DNA from: Trypanosoma brucei
Taxonomy: Eukaryota
Length of the DNA: 64,000 nt
Direction of reading: 5' to 3'
Assembly (NCBI GenBank): GCA_000002445.1
Contig: CP000071.1
Coordinates: forward strand, 544,001 to 608,000
Shown here: piece by piece, positions 11,012 through 20,779 of the stretch
Layout: every line of letters starts with the position of its first letter
Numbering within the stretch: position 1 is the stretch's first letter
Notes under the pieces: generated by a model
Databases searched by the model: none
The model's input: only the letters and a program-made list of their open reading frames with translations
Told to the model about the DNA's origin: nothing
Translations under genes and position numbers: made by a program

Positions 11012-11395
11012 CTATACATCTCGCGTGTTGAAAAAAGCGCCCAACTTTCTCGGCTCATACGGTATTTCGTACTGCTTTTTCTTGAGGTTGCTCAGTCTTT
11101 CGAGGAATACACAATTTTCTTGGTAGGCGTCACCAAGCTCAATGAACCGCTGCCTTTCTGCAGCACCCAACGCCCCCAGACTCAACTCCTTCAGAAATAG
11201 GGAGTTCATCTCGTTGCAAAACTTTTGTCGTTCCCCCTCCACTTTTTCCTTCATCCTCCCGAGTACATCTTCGACCTCCCACATACGCCACCGACGGTCA
11301 GGTGTAAAGGTGCGTCTTCTAACCTCGCTGTCCCTTCCCAAAAGGCAATAAGTCAGCATAACACTTTGACTAACGACCCGGCGAGGAACAAACAA
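11012..11395 (-). CDS. Small hypothetical protein (127 aa or shorter), charged and helical. It may be the last gene of the minus-strand transcription unit.
   Basis: This ORF looks more protein-like than its neighbours in the strand-switch region (…ERQKFCNEMNSLFLKELSLGALGAAERQRFIELGDAYQENCVFLERLSNLKKKQYEIPYEPRKLGAFFNTRDV). I recognise no family. Confidence 0.3.
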   Translation of the reverse strand: MFVPRRVVSQSVMLTYCLLGRDSEVRRRTFTPDRRWRMWEVEDVLGRMKEKVEGERQKFCNEMNSLFLKELSLGALGAAERQRFIELGDAYQENCVFLERLSNLKKKQYEIPYEPRKLGAFFNTRDV

Positions 11396-14244
11396 TTTTA
11401 GCTACAAAGAGCGCCTGCGACAACCCCTAAAATTTTAAAATTTACTTCAGACTCATGGAGTAAAACACCAATTTCGACTGCAGCTAAAGAGGCTGCAAGA
11501 CGTCATTACACTGCTTCAACAGTAAACAAAAGATAAAGCGAAAGACTTCCACCATAACAACGACGTAAAAAACAACTGAACTAACATAACCTTCTCCCAT
11601 AATCCCCCCTCCGCTTAACGGTGGCTTCCGCCCCTGCAAATCTTCCCGCCGAAAGTTGCTTCGGAGGAATGGCCCCGCATTACTACTGCAAAACTTCCCG
11701 GTAATACATTTCACCCTGGGGGCGGTGGGTAATCTATCTTTCCGGTGCCGTCCTGCCAATGCGTTAAACCAACATCATTAAATATACACCAACTTGTAGT
11801 TAAACACGTTGTCCACAACCGCACTCACAACAACTCAGATCACGTCAAACCCCTCTCGCATACCCTCTTCAACTTTCTCGAATGAACCACATTCCCCCCC
11901 TCCCACTTCTGAAAGCACTGGTGACGACCCTCGCGAATATAATATGCACTATTCACTCCGACGCGCTGTTGAAGAGGAGCCCAGTGGCAGAACTCACATT
12001 ACTGTTAATTGTTGCATTTGAAGCGTGTTCACCCTTATCACGCATCCCAAATGCCCCAGACGAGGAACGAGAGACCCTTTACAAGGCACAAGGACAAACC
12101 CTACAGCATGAGAAAACAACACCTTTTTTTGTCCGTTAGCGTCGCAACCCCTCAGTGGTTGGAGATCTCGAGACGCTTGAAACGCATAGATACTCCAATA
12201 CCTAATGCGGGCTTAACAATGAGATATTCTGCGAGATTCACCACTAAAGTCACAGTCTTTACTGCATCCCTACACGCTGCAGAGCCCAACTTTCTCTCCT
12301 CCTCCCGCGCCAACTTCCATTCCCAAGGACGCTCCCGGTATGTGAAATGAATATATAAATCCTCTTCCCCTGGAGCTCATCATCCATTCCCCAAGAATAT
12401 GCCCGCTTGTGAGCATTCATGTACTTACATACCCTAAAACCACCCCACAATCGAACCACTTGCTATTAAGTTACCGAAGTAGAAACGATAATATTAACGG
12501 TGCTATTACTCTTAACGATTCGGAGCGATTGAAAGCGCCCTGACTTTAATAGCGTTCTGTTAACTTTATAACCGCCCTTCTACCGCGTGACAACGCACTA
12601 AAGGAACGCAGTCATTTTGTTGCGGACTATTGTGGTGCTGGAAACGGCAAGGGGGCGATGACGAGGGAACTACTTACGATAAGATTATTACGTCGCTGAC
12701 GCTCCCATTACCCCCACTTCTACTCTCCCCTTCCCCAAACAATACACGCAACACACAAAAGCCTCCAGAATAAACCACTTTATCTCCAAACTTCGATTAG
12801 GATTTGCACTTCCCCAACTCAACATGGTTCACCTTTATTTTGCCTTCCCAACTCCCTCTTGAACGTCACTGCGCATTCATTACGGGGGCATCGGTTAAGA
12901 GGTAAAAAAAAACGCTGGCAAAACGGAACCTTCAAATCCACTCAGGTAACACACTCATTACTTGCGTGTTGTTATCACTCTCTCGTCCACAGCGTTCTTC
13001 TAACAAGAGCACAGGACATTGACATGCGGTAACGTGGAACATTCAAAAACTGCAGATTGGTTGAGGTAAAAAATAAAACAGGAAATGAAACAAAAACAAA
13101 TTCCAACAGAAAAGAACAGGACCATCGGAAGGAGACTCCTTTCACTTGGGGCTTTCAATATGATACGAATGAGCGCAATTATTTAATTCACTTGCGGAAG
13201 CTTTCCTTTTTATCGCAGCCATTTGAGTGGAGCCTCTTTCAAACCCCGACCCAAGACGTGGCGGGGGGGGACCGTTTGTTTCCCTATTGTGGGCCTGTAG
13301 AAGCTGAATGAAAACAAGTGAGTTCCCCCCTCCGTTCCATCGTTAAATAAACACCGAGCAGAGGCTGGCCATATTTAGTTGTGAAGCGGTTCCGTTATAA
13401 TTCCTCGCGGCACAGCACAAATTAGCAGTTTAACTTTCACCTCTTTTTTTTCTTTCATGATCTTTTCACACCGGAACGAGATCATGTGCACTCGAAACTA
13501 CTACACTCCGAAAAAAAGGGAGGCCCATCCAAGCGCGAACAAAGGTGGGAGGAAGAAACTAAGAGGGGGAAAAGAAAAAGTCTATAGGTATGAGAGAGTA
13601 AATGGAGAAAATAATGAAAAATAGGGGAGAAGGGGACAAACAAACACACACACACAAAAAACAAACAAACAAACAGAAACGGTAGGGAATGTTGCAAAGG
13701 CGTATCGGAAGGCAAATCGCCAACGGAGACCCCTCCTGTTAGGAAATGAGAGGTGAAAAGGAGCACTAATCCACACATGCACAAATACATCCTCGCATAG
13801 GAATGATAGTGAACCGAAGGGAAGGTAAGAAGGAACAAACGCACATATACACACATACACACCAAACCCCGCCACGCCCGATATCCCCGCAACGGTTGTG
13901 GCCAGCCCTCGCAAAACCCTCCTCGTGTCTAAAAAAAAGAAAAACTCCACCAAACACGGGACGGGCAAGAGGAACTTCACCATGAAGCGTATACATAAAA
14001 ATATCACCGTGCCATGTTGCACGTATCCAAAAAGGGGTGTGATAATACAAAAATGAAGAAGTGAAGGGGTGGGGATTGGAAGGACGCCTCGGCACAACAC
14101 CGCAACAGAAGGGGAAAACTATGAAAAAATATTGAAAGGGGGAGACAAAAAGAGACGCGACAAAGGGGGAGGGTGTGGAAAGAGAGTCAGAAACGAAATA
14201 GCAGCCGATGGAATGACTGTTGGTTAACCGACGGAGCCACCACC

Positions 14245-16023
14245 TCACTGCACAGCAGGTGCGAAGTAACGCACATGATCGGGGAGAACAATTTCGACTG
14301 AAACGTCCGCGCCGCCTTCGCTCTTCCCTCTAGCTTTCTTTTGTCTCATTGCTTTAGCTTTCTGCTCGCGTATCATCTCTAACATCTTAGCTCGCTCCTG
14401 CTCACGTTTCGCACGCTGCGCCTGCCGCTCTTCCTCTCGCTGGGGTGAATGCCGTAAAGGAGAAAGTTGTCTGCAGGCAGAGCCCGTGCTTTTTATCCGT
14501 ATGAATCCTTGAGCCGCTAAATGGTTAACCAGTGAAGGCTCGCGTGCGAAGGGCGAGTGCCTCCTACTCGGCCGTGCTGCACATGCCGCCTGCTTGGGCC
14601 GCTTGCCCTTCGCGATCCCTACCGACACCACTGACAAATCTGCAGGACTAACCGCCTCTACATCAGACCGGGTGTTCTGCCGATTCTGCTGCTTCTCTTC
14701 ACGTGGCGCCACCGCTACTTTCCGGCCGGCCCTCAGCCCCTTTTGTGGTGTGGCGCCTTTTCTTACGGAAGTGTCAACTTTAGATGCCACAGCACATGGC
14801 TGTAAGCCATCTTGTGACCCACCTTGGCTCTCTACAGGTCCCTCCGCGATTAAAATATCGTCGGCCGGGCGGAACTTTTGCAGGTAAGACTCAATGAATT
14901 TAACATCGTTGTTACGTGCGTGGATCCACTGGGACAGCTGGCTCTCCCCACTACTATCAGAGGAACCTGCTGCGTGCCCTATCGGTCCTCGTTTGGCCTG
15001 CCGTGGTTGCTGCTTCCGCTGCTTCTGCGGCAATTTTTGCGGCGTTCCCTCCTGTTGTGCCTCCAGTTCCGGTTGTCGCTGTGGGTGGAGATGTTGGGGC
15101 TTCTTATGCACCATTACGGAAGCATGCAGTGCCCGCTTGGGGCCAAGCGCCCGCTGTTGCTGTTGCTGCTGTTTTTTTAGTACTACCTTACGGTGTCGGG
15201 GTGAGGATGCCTTTTCATCCGGCGTTACCGCAGCCGTTGTTTGGCGTACTTGGATTGCCCGTTCTGTCATCTCCATTACCTTTTCCAGCCCATACCGCTT
15301 GTTGGGGTCTGTCTGCAGCATCCCCATAATAATTGCCTGAATATCCTCCGGGACGGCAGCCGGGAGCGGGGCGATATCACCCGCTGTTATCTGCCGCACG
15401 AGACTGGCGAAACTGTCGGATGAAAAGGGACGACGCAGACACGCCATCTCGTAAAAGACACAACCGAGTGACCAAACATCCGACGGATAACTGTACGGCA
15501 TACCTAAAAGTAACTCCGGTGACAACCAAATGGGTGACCCAACGAAAGTGGTCGTGAGAGATGCGGATCCCGACATGGCCTTAGAGGATCCAAAGTCGCC
15601 CAAGTATAGCTCCGATGCATCGGCGTTCACAAATACATTCCCGGGTTTGACGTCCCTGTGCATGATACTCAGCCCGTGGCAACACTTCAGTGCCGATATG
15701 AGCTGCTGGAAACCACGGAGAAGCGCAAGATGGGGAAGGGCCTTCTTCCGCCGCGCAAGGCGCTCCAGATGAGACTCCAGATCACCGCCCTCCGCATACT
15801 GCAGCACAACGTAAAGCCCGCCGTCGTGAACAAAAGACTCCAAGTATGGAATAATGTTAGGGTGCCGCGCCCGCATGGACACATTTACCTCCTGCATCCC
15901 CTGTGTTCCATCAGCCAAACGTTTAATAACGACGCGCTTCGTCTCATTTTGTTTGTCAACCGCGAGATATGCACCACTCGTGCCCCCTAGCTGCCGTATA
16001 ACGGTGTAGTGATCCATCCCCAT
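14245..16023 (-). CDS. Serine/threonine protein kinase, NEK-like (592 aa). N-terminal kinase domain plus a basic/Gln-rich C-terminal tail.
   Basis: Kinase subdomains are present: glycine loop LGGTSGAYLAV, VIK, HRDVKPGNVF, DFG, and SPE...DVWSLGCVFYE. A poly-Q and Arg/Lys-rich tail follows. Confidence 0.8.
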   Translation of the reverse strand: MGMDHYTVIRQLGGTSGAYLAVDKQNETKRVVIKRLADGTQGMQEVNVSMRARHPNIIPYLESFVHDGGLYVVLQYAEGGDLESHLERLARRKKALPHLALLRGFQQLISALKCCHGLSIMHRDVKPGNVFVNADASELYLGDFGSSKAMSGSASLTTTFVGSPIWLSPELLLGMPYSYPSDVWSLGCVFYEMACLRRPFSSDSFASLVRQITAGDIAPLPAAVPEDIQAIIMGMLQTDPNKRYGLEKVMEMTERAIQVRQTTAAVTPDEKASSPRHRKVVLKKQQQQQQRALGPKRALHASVMVHKKPQHLHPQRQPELEAQQEGTPQKLPQKQRKQQPRQAKRGPIGHAAGSSDSSGESQLSQWIHARNNDVKFIESYLQKFRPADDILIAEGPVESQGGSQDGLQPCAVASKVDTSVRKGATPQKGLRAGRKVAVAPREEKQQNRQNTRSDVEAVSPADLSVVSVGIAKGKRPKQAACAARPSRRHSPFAREPSLVNHLAAQGFIRIKSTGSACRQLSPLRHSPQREEERQAQRAKREQERAKMLEMIREQKAKAMRQKKARGKSEGGADVSVEIVLPDHVRYFAPAVQ

Positions 16024-16383
16024 TTTTTTTGTTTCGCACCCGTATCTACGGCTATCTTCGAAACAATCTTCCTACACGCTTTACCTCGTGCTGTATTATT
16101 TGCCCAGGCAAGAATATCTCTACTTTCCCTCCCTCCGAATTGTACTCCGTTTGTTCGCAGTCGTGCCTTCGGGGTGTTTCCGAGGTAAGCGTGGTGTGTA
16201 TTTAAATAAATAAATAAATATATATATATTTGTCTTCGTATGTTTCCCCCGGTTGCTCCTCTCTTTGAGAGGTTGACGCCGCTTTCGGTACGGCAGCGAA
16301 CAAAAGAGGTTTCGTTTCTTCTCCTGGTTCCACCCCTCGTTGCTTCTCCGCACCTGCAGCAAACAAAGGGCAAACCCTAAGCA

Positions 16384-16440
16384 CAATGAAAGCAAAAAAC
16401 AACAACAGAAAAGAAGGGAGGGGAAAAGGAAGCAGTGAAA
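16384..16440 (-). promoter_or_regulatory. Polypyrimidine tract on the minus strand, the probable splice-acceptor signal for the NEK-like gene at 14245-16023
   Basis: The plus strand is purine-rich here (agcaaaaaacaacaacagaaaagaagggaggggaaaaggaag), so the coding strand is pyrimidine-rich. It lies about 350 nt upstream of the ATG. Confidence 0.3.
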
Positions 16441-16863
16441 CATGGCGCAGGAACTGAAATAAAATGATCACCTAATGAAAAAGGGGATATGCGCGCAAGA
16501 AAAAGCCATCTAACTCTATCCACAAGGGTGAAACACGATCTACCTACCGGGGCCTTACACAAAGTGAAGAAGCAAAAGCGTTACGCAAGTAAGAAAGCCC
16601 AGAGCAGTAACCACAGCCGAGGGAGGGGAAGGAACCCTTCCCTTCCCTCTGTTGCTTACCTTTAATACACTCTCATCTCCACAAGTGGGACTCAGTGGTG
16701 GGAGAATGTGTGAATTCGCGGTTCTCGCGCTGATCTAGCGTTGTTCCACCCTTTTCACCCATTCTAATACTGTCTCTTCGATTTCCTCGTCATACTTCTA
16801 GGCGTTAGTCGTTTAACCAGCCATCATCGCCATTTTTCTTCTTTTTGATATCTTGACTTCTCT

Positions 16864-17466
16864 TCAACTGGGGTCACCAATGAGTAAAATACTCTCACTT
16901 GCGGTTTCCTCAAGTCCCCCTCGTTCCACCTCCCCCAAGCACGGTAAGGTAACGTCAGGTAACTGCATCTCGAACTGCTCGTGGCGCCGCTTGGCATTTA
17001 AGCGCACCTTTTCTACATTTCTCTCTAGTGCAAGAATTTCCCTGTCTTTTTCTTCCAGCATCATCTTAACGCGCGTAAGTTCCTCACGCGCCTGGCTCAC
17101 CTTCCCGACTGTGGCCTGTCGTTGCGCTACTTCCTGCTGGAGTTTCCCAATGCTCTCCGCGTAATCTTTTTGAACGTTGGTCAGACGTTCCTCTTCCTTT
17201 AGAAGTGAATCCAAGAGCTCCTTTTGCCCCAATTCGCACCTTCTCTTTTCACTGATTTTGGCCTCCTGTGAGGCTTTCTTCTGGGTGAACTCATCGATTA
17301 AACGTTGCAGGTCTTGCTGCCTCTGCCTGAGCTGGCCGGAGAGGGACTCTGCCCTTCGGCGAAGATCCTCGACAATTCGGCGACGAAGTTGCACCGTGTT
17401 CATCTTTTCAGAGATTGCGGCGGAGCGTGTTTGGTAGTCGCCCGCCATGGGGGCACTCGCCATCAT
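16864..17466 (-). CDS. Hypothetical coiled-coil protein (200 aa)
   Basis: Heptad-like charged sequence (QLRQRQQDLQRLIDEFTQKKASQEAKISEKRR...EKDREILALERNVEKVRLNAKRR). No recognisable domain. Confidence 0.5.
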   Translation of the reverse strand: MMASAPMAGDYQTRSAAISEKMNTVQLRRRIVEDLRRRAESLSGQLRQRQQDLQRLIDEFTQKKASQEAKISEKRRCELGQKELLDSLLKEEERLTNVQKDYAESIGKLQQEVAQRQATVGKVSQAREELTRVKMMLEEKDREILALERNVEKVRLNAKRRHEQFEMQLPDVTLPCLGEVERGGLEETASESILLIGDPS

Positions 17467-17909
17467 GATTTACTCACCTGTGATGTGGTAGCTTTGCGGA
17501 GGGGTGGTTTTCCTTTAATGCCAAAGGTAGGTATACGTGTGGGTCTTTAGAGGGTGAAACTGGCGTGGGCAACGACAGGAACGAGGGTATCGAAGAAGAG
17601 AACATGCATCTTTTTTTTAAAAAAGGAACAAGCGTGCAGCAGGAACAGCCACGGAGGACGATGGATGATAATTAGCAGCGACCGCAAGGGAAACTCTATA
17701 GAATATATTTCTTAAGAAGGAAAAAGATGCAAACGCATTTCTGTATATGCAGCAAAAGCAACAGTTTCTTGAGCGCTTACACTGTGAGATTGTCCACTCC
17801 TTTCTCACAGGCAGCTACACGTACGCGATTAGCCGTTCTCTTATGTTGTGAAACCCGCTATTGTGGTTGTGAGAACAAACGAAGGGGAAAGGAAAAAATC
17901 CGCTGCCGC

Positions 17910-19973
17910 TCATGCTGGTCCCGCCACGGCAGTTCCCTCGAGAAGGCGGTCAATTACAACGACCTCCTCCACGTCCGGAAGCACGTGCCACTGAGCGCGA
18001 TCAGGCACCATCTGCATCACCAGCACCGCATCACGTTCCGCCACATCCACGCACCTGTAATAATTGTAGACGTTGTGCGTTACCTCGAGTCCGAGTGCCT
18101 TCACGGCCACGTCCCACCGGAGCTGCCGTCGAGCCAACAGCGAAGCCTCAAGACCACCCGGTGGGCGGGCTGATGATGTGTCTTCGCCTCCACCAACACT
18201 TGGTGTCCTATTGAGGTTACAATTATTTGCTTCGCTGTGTCGCGGGCTTGGGTACTTTGAATGCATTTGAGAGAGCTGCCGCGGCGACCGCCTTTCCACC
18301 GTGTGTTGTGTCGGGAGAGCCGGCAACCATGAGCTAGTGCGGCCATCACCCTCTGTGTGATGCTTGTTTTCATTCACACTGCCTCCGTTAAGTGTACTAC
18401 CATTTGTGCCCAGGCGGCGTCTCTGTACGGCGGCGTCACGCCGCTGTTTCAAGGCACGCATCTCATTTTGCACTAGTTGACGATACCACGCAACTTCTTC
18501 CTCAATTTGAGCTATTGGCTTATGTCGCATGTCCTCCACGTTACTGACACTTCTCGCACCCCGGCGTCCCTCGTCTGCACGTTCAAAGTCCATCCCAAAC
18601 GATACGTTGCTCCCGCCGTTACACGAAAATGCACGTGGGGGCATCGCTGCAGTTGACTCACACGTCGCCGTTGGTGTGGCAGGAAAAAATCTTGGCGGCG
18701 TGAGGCGGCCAAGGCTGGCAGTTGCACGCGCCTCGGCCTGCACTCGCTCCTGCGAGGGCGGGAGCGCCGGATGCCCCTCACGTGGTAGAGATACAAATGA
18801 AAGCTTCCCCGTATTGTCTACGACACCCAACTCCCGTTGCTGTGCCAGAAAAATATGCTCTCCAACGGAGTCCGGTGTGTCGTGCGATACGTGCTGGGAC
18901 ACCACAGCGTGAACGGCACCACTCATGATGGGACAGCGGAGTATATCATCACAACTTGGCCGCTGTTGCGGGTCAAGGGCGAGCATGCGGTCCACGAGCT
19001 CAGCAACCTCCGGCGGGTAGTGTGACGGAAGGGGCTGCCGAGCACCGGTAATCACACGCATCATAAGTGTTGTGATGTCACGTGATTCGAAGGGATGACG
19101 GAGACTCAGTAGCTCGTACAAAATGCAGCCAAGGGACCATACATCGGAACTGGGGCTGCACACACCTCTTTCTAAGTTCTCCGGCGACATGTATAGCGGT
19201 GTGCCACGCATCGCGCCGTTGAAAACTCCGAGTCCATCCTCTCCTAAACTTACGTTTCCTTCCAGTCCTGGCGAAGCTCTAGTGGTTGGTGATGAACGCA
19301 CCGTACAACCGCCGTCCTCGCTAGACTTTTGCTCTTCCTCCCAGGCATTCTGCCCACTCACTTTTCCACCACGATGTTCTCCTACTTTCCATGCTAGTTT
19401 GTCTGTTGCTGGCGTGCGCATCACCTCCGCTACTCCGAAGTCCCCAACAGCCACCTCCTGTGATTGAAGATCGAGGAATATGTTACTTGTTTTCAGGTCA
19501 CGATGCACAATGCCCTGCGCATGAAGGTATTGCATGGCGAAACACACGCTAGCGAACCATTTCATGACGCTTTCAAGGGGCAAATACTCATCTTTCTCCC
19601 GCTGTTGTGCTACGAGGCGGTCGAGGTCCCCACCGTCGTAGTAGTCCATTACTATGCAAAGGTTCTCCTTATTGAAAAGGAAAGCGTCCCGCTGGGCCAC
19701 GATGAAGGGATGGTTTAGAAGACTCATAACCTCTATCTCACGCACAGCGTCCAGCCGCTGTTGGTCCTGAAACTCAGCGAGGTTAATCCGCTTCATGACG
19801 AATACTCCATCGTCAATCGCTCTACGAACTTTGAATACAACACCGAAACTACCCACAGCCATCTTTTCTATGATATGATATTCATTCATCACTTGGTACC
19901 TCAACCACCTGCTTTCCTTTTTATGCCTCTCTATTTCTGCGCACTCAACTTCACAACCGTGTGTCACGCTCAC
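17910..19973 (-). CDS. Serine/threonine protein kinase, NEK-like (687 aa), with an activation-loop insertion and a long C-terminal extension
   Basis: GSFGVVFKV glycine loop, VMK, HRDLKTSNIFL, DFGVAEV, GTPLYMSPE, DVWSLGCILYELLSLRHPF. About 65 aa are inserted between DFG and APE. Confidence 0.8.
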   Translation of the reverse strand: MSVTHGCEVECAEIERHKKESRWLRYQVMNEYHIIEKMAVGSFGVVFKVRRAIDDGVFVMKRINLAEFQDQQRLDAVREIEVMSLLNHPFIVAQRDAFLFNKENLCIVMDYYDGGDLDRLVAQQREKDEYLPLESVMKWFASVCFAMQYLHAQGIVHRDLKTSNIFLDLQSQEVAVGDFGVAEVMRTPATDKLAWKVGEHRGGKVSGQNAWEEEQKSSEDGGCTVRSSPTTRASPGLEGNVSLGEDGLGVFNGAMRGTPLYMSPENLERGVCSPSSDVWSLGCILYELLSLRHPFESRDITTLMMRVITGARQPLPSHYPPEVAELVDRMLALDPQQRPSCDDILRCPIMSGAVHAVVSQHVSHDTPDSVGEHIFLAQQRELGVVDNTGKLSFVSLPREGHPALPPSQERVQAEARATASLGRLTPPRFFPATPTATCESTAAMPPRAFSCNGGSNVSFGMDFERADEGRRGARSVSNVEDMRHKPIAQIEEEVAWYRQLVQNEMRALKQRRDAAVQRRRLGTNGSTLNGGSVNENKHHTEGDGRTSSWLPALPTQHTVERRSPRQLSQMHSKYPSPRHSEANNCNLNRTPSVGGGEDTSSARPPGGLEASLLARRQLRWDVAVKALGLEVTHNVYNYYRCVDVAERDAVLVMQMVPDRAQWHVLPDVEEVVVIDRLLEGTAVAGPA

Positions 19974-20779
19974 ACTTATGACGTGAAAGCCTTAAGGCAT
20001 ACACAAAAAGCAATTTTCCTTCCACCTCTCTCTACGTCAATTTCAACCTCCTCAACCCGTTCAGCTCTCAGTCCGCTAAACCTTTCAGCCCGTTAATAAC
20101 TTGCCCACAAACGATCGCGGCTCAGCCGGGCCCTCTTCTCTTCTCTTTTCCCCTCTTGTTTTTCTGTGGCCTTATTTACGCCGACTACTTCACGGCCTCT
20201 CCCCCGTGCTTGGCGGAACAAAGAGGGGTTACGGATTTCCTGCCGCTCGCACAACTCACCGTGAGGTGTTACAGTTCCCCCACCCCCAGCTGTTATGATT
20301 TGGGAAAGAGTTGAATGGCAAAGAAAAAGATGGACAAGAGGCAGGTGAAGCACTCAATAAGGCGACTATAAGGGACAGAAGACAGGGACAGTAACAATAG
20401 ATCGGCCAAAAGGGGGGAGCTTCTCAGTTGGTGAAACGAAGGAAAGCCGCACTAAAAGCGACTTCAGTTGATGTGAGAGAAAACAAAACGAAAGGGGGTT
20501 GAAAGACGTTGGCACACGGACAAGGGCATCTGTCGTCCTCTGGGCGTAGCGTAGTGGATGAAAGCTGCCACTCAACGTCGACCAGATGTGCAGCGCAATC
20601 ATAGGAATGCGGAGTTCAGCAAACAAATATAAACGTTTTAAAAAATCCTTGTACAAATAGATTCGTTATGCTTAATATAATGAGCACAGATTGGCAAAGG
20701 TAAGCGAATATTCAAAAAAATAAAATAAGAGTTAACTCCTGTGCGCGAGCTTCACCAGGCATGGCAGCCGATCGATAAT

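Noticed and set aside
7530-14244. tRNA genes in the strand-switch region
   Set aside because: I scanned for T-arm GTTCGAnTC-like motifs with flanking complementary stems. The only near match is at about 12440-12460 (ggttcgattgtgg), which lacks complementary stem arms. No supportable tRNA was found. A covariance-model search is needed.
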